This document shows positions 1 through 11,930 of a DNA stretch of 37,348 nucleotides, in pieces. A program made the position numbers and the translations under genes. Source of the stretch: Octopus bimaculoides (taxonomy: Eukaryota). The notes under the pieces are model-generated. The model had not been told where the DNA came from. It did not search any database and saw only the letters and a list, made by a program, of their open reading frames with translations. Numbering within the stretch: the first letter of the stretch is position 1; the number at the start of each line of letters is the position of its first letter. The stretch is from assembly GCF_001194135.2 (NCBI RefSeq), contig NC_069000.1, positions 30,984,932 through 31,022,279 on the forward strand, read 5' to 3'.

Positions 1-32
1 TATATATATATATGCATATATATGAACCTGTG

Positions 33-70
<38 letters not shown>
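1..70. repeat. (TA)n microsatellite, interrupted
   Basis: Direct reading of TA dinucleotide runs. Confidence 0.95.
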
Positions 71-72
<2 letters not shown>

Positions 73-379
73 CTTATTCGCCGCGACATTGGTAGTCTTC
101 AGAGAAGTAGATAGACAGTTCAAAGTGTTGCATAGTGAAAACTGTTATCAAGGTAAAACTAAAGAAATTTTAATCTAAAAAAACCAAAACCTTTTGGTGT
201 TGGCAAATGTAAAGAAAATATCATGGGAAATTCGTTTCAGCTAGACCTCAAAAATCGATATACCGCATTAAATGCAGGAACAGATCGCTATCATTATTGG
301 AGTAAATTCAAAGATATTAGAATTTAGAGAGTCGGAAATAGACTAGGAGTAAATTGAAGAAAGCGTAGTGAAGAGGAAA

Positions 380-1080
380 TATTGTTAGAAACATGGATTG
401 TTTAAACGATGAGAACAGAGAGTTAAGAGAGATAGTAGTCGCCAAAGAGAAGTATAAAGAAGTGGACAGAAAAGTAAAACAGAAACGTTGTCGCAAAGAT
501 AACAAAAAGTCGGTTGAAAGCACAGAAGTTTCTGCTATAAAAAATGATTCATAAACCATATGGGAGCTCTCAAGGAACTGTGAAGGTATGGAAGCAGTGA
601 TGGAAGTACGTCTGTAAAATGATGAACAGATGAAAACGAAGATAAACATATTAAGCTGATCATTTCCATTTGAATCTAATAAGATATTTGTGTCCGATTT
701 TTAAGAGTAATCTTGAGAAAGATCTTGATAAGATGACATTGGAGGAAGTGTGGACAGCTTTGGGTCGACTATAAAATGACGAAGCTGCAGGTATAGAATC
801 AATCCCAGTCGAGCTTGTTGAATATAGAAGGAAAGCTACGTGGATAGCGCCATATAATCTAGCAGGATGTAACATATAGTGTGATGGGAAAATACTAACG
901 TGCGTTATTAAACTACTGAAGAAAGGTTATGTTAATGATTGCCCAAAGTGGCAACAGGTCTCTCCTTTTGCAATGACCACCAACTGATTTTTCGTTGTTG
1001 TACAAAAGAGAATAAGGGAGATAATTCACAGATCTTTACGAAATCAGTTTTCTGAACTTCTTGAAGGGAGATCATGTCCC
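380..1080 (+). mobile_element. Decayed RTE-clade LINE ORF remnant (linker plus N-terminal RT region)
   Basis: Hand translation with stops and frameshifts: EKYKEVDRKVKQKRCRKDNKK..AIKND (from 447), MTLEEVWTALGRL*NDEAAGIESIPVEL (from 733), VIKLLKKGYVNDCPKW (from 904), QKRIREIIHRSLRNQFSELLEGRSC. These are colinear with the RTE motifs EEVxxAIxxLKNGKAAGxDxIPxE, KLPKKGDLxxCxNW and EQAGFRxGRSC. Confidence 0.75.
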
Positions 1081-1954
1081 TGTCTTTCTTTTGCGCTACA
1101 ACCACAGCCATTGAGACTGACGACTTGCAAAAGATTATTGACAATTTAAGCAGAAACTTTTAATGGAAAATCATCGGAAGTAATCGAATACCTAACACCT
1201 TAATAAACATAATGAAGGCAATGCATTAGAGTTTTAATTATTCTGTGCGTATTAATTAGAGCTTGGTTTGTTAACTGACTTGTCAACCTTTGAAAACTGA
1301 ACAGCATGATATTAAGAACTGAAATTTTAATTTGTAGAAAGGTGGTGCCTTGGCATTACACATGCACAATTTGCATATTTTAGCCGATTTTCTACAAACT
1401 ATTCTTTAGTTGTATCAAACATGCTTGCTTGCAGATTTTCTACATTTTTCTGTATCAAGATATATGATAATAATATTACTATTAATAGCGCTAGAATTAT
1501 ATAATTCTGTACACACATTTAGCTTATTCTTAAGTCAAATGAAGATAACTGCGCAGACTAGAAAAATAGATCCTTATGTTTGCTGTCCAACCGTCTACTC
1601 TTATATCTCTTTCTTTATAATATTAAAACGTGTCTATGTGTTTCTGTGTATCAATATAAGTAGAGTGTCGTATATTCCTATTTAAATAACTCAGTTATCT
1701 ACAGCTGAAAGCCAGATACTCAACACATAAGAAAGAACACACATCGCGCGCGCATAAAGACACACAAACACACTCAAGCACGTGCACATATTAGAATATT
1801 GACTCCTACAAAAGTAGGTTTCTTCATTTGAGTATTTATGAAGAGAGTGACAAATTCTAAACTGAAGGAGGCATGACTTGCTTTCTGCATGTGTGTGCTT
1901 GACTTACCAGTTGTGCGTGTGTGTGCGTGCAAGTGCATATTCACATGTGTATTT

Positions 1955-2377
1955 ATACGTATATATATATATANNNNNNNNNNNNNNNNNNNNNNNNNNN
2001 NNNNNNNNNNNNNNNNNNNNNNNNNNNNNNNNNNNNNNNNNNNNNNNNNNNNNNNNNNNNNNNNNNNNNNNNNNNNNNNNNNNNNNNNNNNNNNNNNNNN
2101 NNNNNNNNNNNNNNNNNNNNNNNNNNNNNNNNNNNNNNNNNNNNNNNNNNNNNNNNNNNNNNNNNNNNNNNNNNNNNNNNNNNNNNNNNNNNNNNNNNNN
2201 NNNNNNNNNNNNNNNNNNNNNNNNNNNNNNNNNNNNNCTCTCTCTCCCTTTGTATATATATATATATATAGATACACACACACACACACTCACACACACA
2301 CACGCACACACACACACGCACACACATGCACACACACATGCACACACCCGCACACACACACACGCAAACGCACACAC

Positions 2378-2411
<34 letters not shown>

Positions 2412-2412
2412 A
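1955..2412. repeat. Compound (TA)n/(CT)n/(CA)n/(TG)n microsatellite around an assembly gap
   Basis: Direct reading. It accounts for the six overlapping X-rich ORFs. Confidence 0.95.
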
Positions 2413-2699
2413 CACATGCATAAATACATTTATAAATACATGCATATACATTAAATAAGAACACAAATGGGTTAAAGCCTCAAAACAGTCTACTTGTCTC
2501 TTCTGCACTGGAATGTAATTTGTTTAAAGGGCCTAGCATACACATATTCGGATAATTCCATTATTACCATGAACGATGTAGACATTATAGACATATATTG
2601 TTGATAGATATATGTTCTTGTTTGTTGTAAGCGTGTGCGGTAAATGTATGTAACTGTATATTTATGATACAAATTGATACAAAAACCAAAACAGAGAGA

Positions 2700-2835
2700 C
2701 TGGTGAGCGAATAAGGAACAAGATATACTATTTTGACGCTCAGTATAAAAAAGAAGTCTTTGACGTTTCGAGCCTAAGCTCTCCTACAGAAAGGAAAGAG
2801 GGGGAAAACAGATGGTAAGAGGGACAAAAACGCAT
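2700..2835 (-). mobile_element. Short repeat with hammerhead-like core, probable Penelope-like terminal-repeat relic
   Basis: The reverse complement shares a CTTT-CTGANGAA-like core, GRGC..GCYC-GAAACGTC and a downstream CTGAGCGTC(A/C)AA(T)AATA block with 36960-37110. The downstream block also occurs at 30971. Confidence 0.6.
2758..2793 (-). ncRNA. Minimal type I hammerhead-ribozyme-like motif, core mutated
   Basis: Minus strand reads CUUU [CUGUAGGA] GAGC uuag GCUC GAAA C GUC AAAG. Stem I is CUUU/AAAG, stem II GAGC/GCUC, stem III the palindrome ACGU, and the cleavage triplet GUC. The core deviates from CUGANGA. Confidence 0.55.
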
Positions 2836-2937
2836 GCGTGTGCGAGCGCGCAGGTGTGGACTGACCTTTTGGTTGCATGTATAAACAATGCATGAAATGA
2901 ATAGGTATTTATCATTCCCCACTACAGCACACATATT

Positions 2938-2938
2938 T

Positions 2939-2980
<42 letters not shown>

Positions 2981-2999
2981 ACACACTCAATCACACACA
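2938..2999. repeat. (CA)n microsatellite
   Basis: Direct reading. Confidence 0.95.
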
Positions 3000-3480
3000 C
3001 ATTTTCTTTCCTCGTTTTCAGGAGTTTAGTTTTCGTGCGATGATGAGACTAAATAGCTGTATGAATGAGTGTGCCATGTGCTTCCTGTAAGAGTCGAAGG
3101 TTACACTCACAAAAGAAGCTTGCAAATTAGATCTATTTCATGTGCAACCGCTCGCTATATCGAAATCTATGAACGTGAATGGCCATAAAATGAGCGAAGA
3201 TCCTAGATTTTCATCGTGTTTAGGAACGTCTCTTATGTTGACGTTACCTAAATCAAGGAGCTATTTAAAGTATATATATACACATATATACATATATACA
3301 TATCTATAACCAACTATCATATTTACCTATTTTTATTTTCGTTGCCTGCGTCCATTTCCTCTGCTAATATATGTATTCCGCGCAATGGTATAGAATCTAA
3401 GACTTCTTATTACGTTACTGTGGTTCTTACATATTGCCTCGAGATACACAAATGCAGCATTAAGCAGAGCGCATTATAAA

Positions 3481-3640
3481 TGTATGTAGTATATGTATGT
3501 ATGTATGTACGTATGTATGTATGTATGTATGTAAGAGTGGGTACGTACGTATGTGTGTGTCATTATTGTATGTGTGTCTGTGTATGTGTGCGTTTGTGTG
3601 TATGCTGGTGTATGTGTTTCTGTGTGTTTCTGTGTTCATG
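3481..3640. repeat. Degenerate (TGTA)n/(TG)n microsatellite
   Basis: Direct reading. Confidence 0.85.
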
Positions 3641-3643
3641 TAT

Positions 3644-3875
3644 GAAGACGCATGGCTTAGTGGTTAGAGCGTCGGGCGCACAACCGTGAAGGAGTGAGTC
3701 CAATTCCCAGACTGGATTCTGTGTTGTGTTCTTGAGCAAGACACTTTTATTTCACGCTAATCTAGTTAACTCAGGTGTAGAAATGAGTTGCAACGTCACA
3801 GGTACGAAACCGATCGGCATTTGCTTTTCCTTGAATAAAATCGGTGGCTCGGGGATGAGAGGCTGGTATTCCATA
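3644..3875 (+). mobile_element. tRNA-headed SINE (family A-like)
   Basis: A box TGGCTTAGTGG, a degenerate B box, and the TTGTGTTCTTGAGCAAGACACTTTTATTTCACG block that matches the 23150 copy. Confidence 0.75.
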
Positions 3876-3938
3876 AGCAACATTGCTTTATAATTTATGA
3901 CCGAAGGGGGTTTTTTGCCCTTATATATACATATACAT

Positions 3939-3975
<37 letters not shown>

Positions 3976-4740
3976 NNNNNNNNNNNNNNNNNNNNNNNNN
4001 NNNNNNNNNNNNNNNNNNNNNNNNNNNNNNNNNNNNNNNNNNNNNNNNNNNNNNNNNNNNNNNNNNNNNNNNNNNNNNNNNNNNNNNNNNNNNNNNNNNN
4101 NNNNNNNNNNNNNNNNNNNNNNNNNNNNNNNNNNNNNNNNNNNNNNNNNNNNNNNNNNNNNNNNNNNNNNNNNNNNNNNNNNNNNNNNTATATAAAGTGC
4201 TCATATGAATGTATATGAATCAATATATCTCACATTTCCCTGCTACGATTTCATTGTATATTTACATATCTGTATGAATGAATCTGTGTATTTCTATATA
4301 ATCATCCGTATTAATTTTATCCTATAAGAATATTTTATTTCTATTGAGAATCTCATAAATACCACATTCATTAAAAATCTCGTACAGTGTTTTTATCTCC
4401 ATAGATACTATTTCTACACAATTGCTTTTTCTCAACACAGAATCCTTTCATTTTTTTTTTCTCAAAAGATTTCCTGTAAGTACATTTTGAGAATCTCTGG
4501 TGTAATTAACTGCGTTTTATGTTAAATGTGCTAAACGCTGCTAGAAATGGACACATGTGTGCTAGTATTGCCAACAAATTCGCTACAAAATCCGTTGTTC
4601 TCGGTTCTGTTTCACTTCTTGATAACTTTACCTTTACGGATACGCTTTTGAGTTGGACTTTTGTAGAGTGAAGGTATTTATGTTGATCATAAAGTTGATC
4701 AGTGCCCCTACATATACATACAGTTACACAAATTTATATA

Positions 4741-4773
<33 letters not shown>

Positions 4774-5894
4774 NNNNNNNNNNNNNNNNNNNNNNNNNNN
4801 NNNNNNNNNNNNNNNNNNNNNNNNNNNNNNNNNNNNNNNNNNNNNNNNNNNNNNNNNNNNNNNNNNNNNNNNNNNNNNNNNNNNNNNNNNNNNNNNNNNN
4901 NNNNNNNNNNNNNNNNNNNNNNNNNNNNNNNNNNNNNNNNNNNNNNNNNNNNNNNNNNNNNNNNNNNNNNNNNNNNNNNNNNNNNNNNNNNNNNNNNNNN
5001 NNNNNNNNNNNNNNNNNNNNNNNNNNNNNNNNNNNNNNNNNNNNNNNNNNNNNNNNNNNNNNNNNNNNNNNNNNNNNNNNNNNNNNNNNNNNNNNNNNNN
5101 NNNNNNNNNNNNNNNNNNNNNNNNNNNNNNNNNNNNNNNNNNNNNNNNNNNNNNNNNNNNNNNNNNNNNNNNNNNNNNNNNNNNNNNNNNNNNNNNNNNN
5201 NNNNNNNNNNNNNNNNNNNNNNNNNNNNNNNNNNNNNNNNNNNNNNNNNNNNNNATATATATATATATATAAGTCAAAACTACCAAAAAATAAGCACATA
5301 TTTACCGAAAGCGAGGGAATGCAACTTTCAAAAATTAACCTCCTAAAAACATTTAACTTAACGGCAAACCACTGGTTTCATAATTAATGCAACAATGTAG
5401 TAAGCTGCATCTTTTATTCATCAGTGCACGTATGGTCGAGACACATAAAAAATAAACAAAAATCAACATACCCCGATGTACCCAACAAAGTACGATGACT
5501 TCTGTTCATTCTTATATAACCGTGAAAGAGGCTGGCTTTATCCAGTTGCATCTCGGTAACACGTGCTTTTACAGAATATATACACACACACACACACAAA
5601 CAAGAACGTAAAATCACATATATTCATATGCAGCTGCAAATTCTTATAGATATTCATATACACACTTGTTCATTTGAGCAGATAGACGTACATATATAAA
5701 TTACATAACTACATACATATCCTATAACACAAGTATTTATAGGAATATTTGAGTTTACACGAGTTGATACGAGTGTTCAAACAAATTATTCAAATTATTG
5801 TGCAATGGAACATAGTAAGAAAAAAATTAAATAGAAATAACATTTCGATGATTAAATTTTTAACCAATAAAAGGAAAATATATAAAAGCACTCT

Positions 5895-6202
5895 GGAGGC
5901 ACATAGCCTAGTAGTTACAGCAGCGGACTCGCTATTGAAGGATCACGGGTTCTAATCTCAGACTGGGCGATGTGTGTGTGTTTATGGGTGAAACATCTAA
6001 GCTCCACGCGGCTCCGGCAGAAGGTAATGACGAACTTCTGCTGACTCTTCCGCCACAACTTTCTCTCACTCTTTCCTCTTGCATCTAGCAGCTCACCTCC
6101 GACGGACTGGCATCCCGTCCAGGTGAGGATCCTATACGCCGATGAAACCGAGAAACCGGCCCTTATGAGCCAAGCATGGCTCGAGAAAGAGCAAACAACA
6201 AC
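5895..6202 (+). mobile_element. tRNA-headed SINE
   Basis: Degenerate A box (TAGCCTAGTAG) and B box (GGTTCTAATC), an internal GCAGAAG/CTTCTGC hairpin, a GACGGACTGGCATCCCGTCCAGG core of the kind seen in widespread metazoan SINEs (exact domain not assigned), and a (CAA)n tail. Confidence 0.75.
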
Positions 6203-7891
6203 GTATAAAAGCATATAAAATAATGACAAATATGAATCTTAGCTTCGTAAGATTGGGTATTACCATATCTCCTATATATTGCATGGTATTTATCACTACG
6301 AATAATGTTGTGATTACATTTGGTTTTCACCTTATTTTGTTTATTCAGATGTAGTGTGTTGCAAGCTACAAAATGTGTTGCTTTCCTGCGACATAATCGA
6401 CATGTGCTTAGCGTTATTCACTGTTTACGCGTTTGCCATGTTGCACTCATTCAACGAATGAAGATGAGTGTACCAATTTTTAGCTTTTCAAGAAGTGCAC
6501 ATCTGCAGAAAAGCGTTTCTAGATATGTTGGCTGTAGATATGTATGCCTTATGAAATGCACATGTAATTACTCTCCATTTGTGTGCTATATTTTTTTAAC
6601 TAGAAAATTTCCATTCGGTGGGTAAGAATTGCTATTTCTTCAGTTAAAATTATCTTACATTTGTTATCGATACATTAAACAATTTCGGTTTTACGATCAA
6701 GAACTACTTTCTCTACAGTTAAAATTTATTTTTAAGTTTTTTTATTAGTTGTTCTAGTATACTTCATAATTACTTTGTCATTATTCAAATTATGCCTAAT
6801 GGAGGGATTTAAGTATTCATCTCCTCCAAAGGTGTTTGTCAAAAATCATCCTACTTAGAGTGTCATTAATTAAATGACCACCATCGTTAAAGTTAAGGAC
6901 GAGTTGCCGCACAACGGTTCTGGAGCTACTTAAGGACTTAGTGGATTGATGGTATGGGTAATTAGTATTTAATTCTATATCCGGCAGGGTGTAACATTGA
7001 CCTTCGACTAGTTTAGCTTTATCTACCTTCAATTTATTAGACCCAAGAAGCAATGAATAAATGTTAGTTCTTCATAATCTTACTGCAGTACGACCTCGAG
7101 CAGTCTTCGCTTATCTTGCGAGAGGATAAAACTTTACAGATGGTATAAGTTCTTTTATTATCGCTCTCTAGCTATCCAAGCATTTTTAGGGGGAACGAAC
7201 ATTGAAAACCTACTAATGATCATAATTTGAGTAATGATAAATTGGCTCCTAATTTTTTGAAAACAATTAATAACAGACTTAAAATGTGTATCCTCACATA
7301 TAACAATGTTTGCCAACCAAACGGCAATTGCCTCGTCCAAAATATTGTTTGCATATATACGTATATAGGTATAGGTATAAACAAATTGGAACATTATATA
7401 TAATACTATAAATATATAATTGCCATTGTATTATACACATATTTCAGTGCCTGTATCTATATGTATGCATGTATATATGTCTATGTGTGTGTCTGTATGT
7501 TTATTTTAGCGATCTGCGTCTGTATAGATCCAGGCATTTATTTTGGGGCACCTTGGCGATTCTACCATTGCCGATGATAACGGTGATTTGCGCAGTCTTT
7601 TGTATGCGAATTACATATAAGATTTCTTGAATTATGGCAGTGTAAGGAAGAGATTATTACTTCATTTCTAGGCCACAGCTGAATTAGAATCCTTGAAAGT
7701 AATTTTGTATGTGTATGATCCTACAATATATACGTTGATGCAGCGGGGCAATCATTAGAAATTAGGGAGGTTTTGTTACATTGCTGTCTACTTTGATGCA
7801 ATTAGTCTTTCGACGTGTAAGGATCGTTTCTGCAGAAAATATGGATGGGATTTTGGGTCTCGATGTCTTCGCTTTCCTAATGTTTGATTTG

Positions 7892-7892
<1 letters not shown>

Positions 7893-7972
<80 letters not shown>
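7893..7972. repeat. (CT)n microsatellite
   Basis: Direct reading. Confidence 0.95.
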
Positions 7973-7975
<3 letters not shown>

Positions 7976-8800
7976 TCCCTACTATGTCTCTCTCATACAC
8001 ACAAACACAGACACGCACTTACATACATGCATATATAAATACAGACAGACAGACAGGCAGACAGACAGACACAAATGGTTAAAACTTAAAATATAAATAC
8101 ATTTGCAAGGATAGCATAAGGTAGATCTTGACAGGATCATCTACGGGAATTGAAACACACATACACATGTATGTGTACTTTTATCCATATATATGTGTGT
8201 GCATGTGAGTGTGTGTGTGTAACTATGTATATATGTGTGCGTGAATGTATCCATGCGTATATTTATGCATATTTACGGGTAATCAATATATACGGGAGAC
8301 ATACATCAACGGGAAAATATACAGAACGCATTAACTCCTTAACGTTAATCTGACGACATAGCCACCATTAAACATGGCATTTCAAAGATATCACCGCGAA
8401 ATTCTATTCCTTAAAACGAAAATTCTCTCATGAAAAAAAATATTTCCCCCAAACTTTCAATATGGCTTCCCGTTTTGAAATAGTTATTTGACAACTCTCT
8501 CTGGCATCCTGAATATTTGTACACTTCTGTTTCGTTCTGTCTTCTTTATGTTTCTTGTGTATAATATCTTATTCTTCACAGCCTTCCAAAAAGGTTTCTC
8601 CATACTGACAAGAACTAACAATAAGGAGGGGAAAAAAGGATGATGAAGATGACGTGGAGAAGCAGTAAGAGAAGGACAAAGACAAGTTATTTTCAATGTT
8701 GTAGTAGATGGAGACATACCTAGGCAGATGCATGAACCATGCATATGCATATAGAGTGCAGCATCTGTAACGTATTTCTGCAATTCCACTTCCCTTCTGA

Positions 8801-8821
8801 ATAATAATAATAATAATGATG

Positions 8822-8907
<86 letters not shown>
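8801..8907. repeat. (AAT)n microsatellite
   Basis: Direct reading. It abuts the R4/Dong fragment. Confidence 0.95.
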
Positions 8908-8909
<2 letters not shown>

Positions 8910-9129
8910 AGGAATCATATTGGTGGCACAAGATCAAAGCCTGCTTACAAAATACTACCAGGCTAAAGTTCTTCAAAACGGTTCTGACCCTAAATGAAGA
9001 TTCTGCGACACATTTCATGAAACAATAGACCATCTCGTCTTGGAATGCCCTGTGCTGACACCAAACGAAAACAAAAACCGGCACGATCGGATAGGACAGT
9101 ATTTACACTGGAAAATATATAAGTGTTAT
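8908..9129 (+). mobile_element. R4/Dong-clade non-LTR retrotransposon fragment (CCHC knuckle plus RHD motif)
   Basis: One frame reads EGIILVAQDQSLLTKYYQAKVLQNGSDPK*RFCDTFHETIDHLVLECPVLTPNENKNRHDRIGQYLHWKI. The AQDQ, (C)RxC..ETIDHL..CP and RHD motifs are typical of RLE-type R4/Dong elements. The first Cys is mutated to a stop. Confidence 0.85.
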
Positions 9130-9439
9130 GAACAGGCAGGAAGCATTTTTGCAAGAGTCGATCATCTATGTGAGAGGAATAAGATTGCTAATATATGTAT
9201 AGCTAATAGCGGACATGTTTTCTGCATGCCGTCTAAGGAAACAATTCCAAGTAACTCTGGTGGATGTATGCAGTGATATCAGTTCTATCGGTCAAGGTAA
9301 ACTAATATCTAGTTATAATACCCAGTTCAAGCGTCGTGAGCAATCTATCATGATTCTTTTAGCTCAGTTTCAGCTGGTAGTGAGTGACGAAGTAACGAGG
9401 AGTGTTATAGGGGTTGGGAAGTATCTCAATGGCTATGCA

Positions 9440-9830
9440 CGTCTAAATAAATTCTGAAGCTTACTATTTCGCTTATGAACTCCGTTCCGCAGATGGTGCA
9501 ATATAAAAGGCCATAGGGATATTATTGGAAGATGGCGAGCAATCTATCTATTACATTAACAGAACCGTTACATCGTCAAAATAACTGACTGACAGTCTAT
9601 CTTCAAGCTCTGTCCGAACCGGGTCAAGTTTTCTTTTCATCCTTTTCTGCGTTTGTAACAAAATGGCACCCATACCTACCGAATGCCTGGGCTTCAGTCT
9701 TCTCCGTATCATAAGCAAAACCAATAGGTTTGAATGAGATGATGGGCAACAAAGTGAGTACGAAGTTGATTGAGGAAGCAATGAGGAGAGATTATCAAAG
9801 CATGAAAAATAAGACTACTTCCCTTAGTAA
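9440..9830 (+). mobile_element. Decayed Ty3/gypsy pol remnant (RNase H region)
   Basis: AIGILLEDGEQSIYYINRTVTSSK (around 9510-9580) resembles GIGAVL..DGxExPIxYASRTLTxxE. AFVTKWHPYL (from about 9649) resembles FxVTKFHxYL. A weaker protease-like stretch lies at 9290-9450, and a purine tract GAGGGGG near 9988 may be a PPT. Confidence 0.55.
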
Positions 9831-10202
9831 AACACAAATACTGTAAACTGTTATGAAGCCACTCCACGGACGATGTAACAGACGTTTACTGTTACCACGA
9901 AGCTGTTGATTTCATCAGACTTTCAATACAGAAGGTGAAGGAGGCGGAAAATAATGAGAAACTGAGGCATGTTCTTCTGATCGTACCGAGGGGGTGGATC
10001 CTAAACTTTATATGAGTGGCTTCCTTTTATTGGTATTTGTTTTGTGTATTAATATTTTAAACCTGTCACAATATTTTGTATTGCGTTTTTCTTTTCATTG
10101 TGTTTATTTATATATCCCACATGCTTTGTAAACTCGATTTGTGTGATGTTTCGCTGTGTATGTGTGGATTCTTCAAGATCATAAAAAGAGTATCATCAAC
10201 AT

Positions 10203-10461
<259 letters not shown>

Positions 10462-11399
10462 GCTTAATCTTTTAATTGTTCGAAGTTAATAACTATACCA
10501 TCATTATTCTGAATAAATCTTCACTGAAACTATTTTATTTTCTATTTCATGTTTTGAAATTTCTATATTTTACTCCCTATATTTCTTTTTTTTTTTTTTC
10601 GTTCGGGTAAATTAATAGAATGTAACATAATATAAAATGTCCATTACCATATCAATTTGGTTTTCTTTATCAAATGAGCTTTTTGCTGCAATTTTTCTTC
10701 AAGGATTTATTTTGTTTATTCTTTTTTTTTGTGTGTTTTTTGTTTTATAGTATTTTATAAATCACATATCAAATGTGCTGTGAACGGTCGTGTTTCACAC
10801 AACTCCGCTCAGAAGATATTTCCTTTCAGAATTACATGACGATAAAACGTATTTTATTTTTCTTCTTCTTTCTACCAATAAACGGCAGCAAAATATCTGA
10901 ACGTCCACCCCATTACTTTTGGATAGAAAATAATGTTCGTTCTTATGTATTTGTTTTTTTTTTATAGTATATCCATATTTTTGCAATCATCCATTTTGCT
11001 TTGTTTATTTGTGATTCGAAATGGCCGCCTCTGAGATTAGGAGACGAAGTGCTGGCCACAAAGGTTGTTGCAGCAAATATGCCCTCCTACCAGATAAATG
11101 TAACATCTAAAGATTTAAAAACAGATTACTATAAAGAGAAACTGCGAAAATCACAAAGTAACAGATTGAATTAGAAATACAGTCATAATATGACAAGCTA
11201 AAATGCTAACGTGAATTACAATAACAAGATACTGTTTTTCTAGTGTTGTAAACGCAAACAGTGTTCTAGATATTTGTCAACTCTGGGTAAAGAGAGAAGC
11301 GTGAAAGTAGTATTTCACAAAATACTGACTTGTTATCCGAATATTTTATCCAGTGCTTCAGAAGAAAAATGACATATTACTGTTTTTCAAAAATTCGGA

Positions 11400-11930
11400 A
11401 GGGCTTCATTATGACCCCGAAAGAGAAATTGAAGGTAGCCATGTGCGGAATCTGGCAGAGTGCGTACTTCATGGCCCAAAGTAGCATACACGAAACGATA
11501 TACCTGTTCTTTAAGTCAGTTAACCAGGTGAGGGGCAGACAGTCAGTATGTCGCATGACTGCTCAGAAGTTTGTGACACAGAGGATTGATCTCTGAAATA
11601 CGGCTAAAGTTACTGGTCTTGAACTTAACTGCCGCTTGTCGTCACCTTTGCGCGGCCGTTCTTCGAGCGCGGGTGTCACCCGCAATAGCATGAAATCACG
11701 TGGCGCCTGCATTAGCATAAAAAATATGTTGGCCACCAGAGAACACAAGACTATACTTGAGATCAATAACATTAATGGTACAAATATTAAGGATCAGCTA
11801 CGCAAGTGGTTGCTAAGGGCACTTTGGGATCTTATGCCAATAAGTACAATCAATAAAGAAGGCAACGACAGCGGCAGACATTCACAGAAAAGACTAGAGG
11901 TACTGCTATTAATGTTTCCAAAGCAACACC
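11400..11930 (+). mobile_element. Possible decayed Tc1/mariner-type transposase remnant
   Basis: KDQLRKWLLRALWDLMPISTINKE..QKRLEVL resembles the C-terminal xxxLKxALxxxWxxIPxxxIxK..KRLxxVI. KVAMCGIW weakly resembles VMVWGGI. No TIRs were found. Confidence 0.35.

Noticed and set aside
2371-2398. 28-bp perfect palindrome (CA)4(TA)6(TG)4
   Set aside because: It is a trivial product of adjacent microsatellites, and similar junctions recur in the window.
1774-5387. Long ORFs of 100-244 aa in the ORF track
   Set aside because: They are open only because they run through N gaps and dinucleotide repeats. The same applies to those at 32593-33079 and 35645-36427.
4480-5580. Open frames with splice-like signals (e.g. 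RVTEMQLDKASLFHGYIRMNRSHRTLLGTS ending at GG|GTATGT on the minus strand)
   Set aside because: The acceptors are weak, no homology is recognisable, and no consistent exon chain could be built.
6800-7880. Several micro-exon candidates on both strands (YDLEQSSLILREDKTLQM, ATAELESLK, DKRRLLEVVL)
   Set aside because: Short AG..GT segments are expected by chance in AT-rich DNA, the strands conflict, and no family match was seen.
9875-9920. Minus-strand CUGAUGA...GUAAACGUC resembling a hammerhead
   Set aside because: GAAA is interrupted and neither stem I nor stem II can form.
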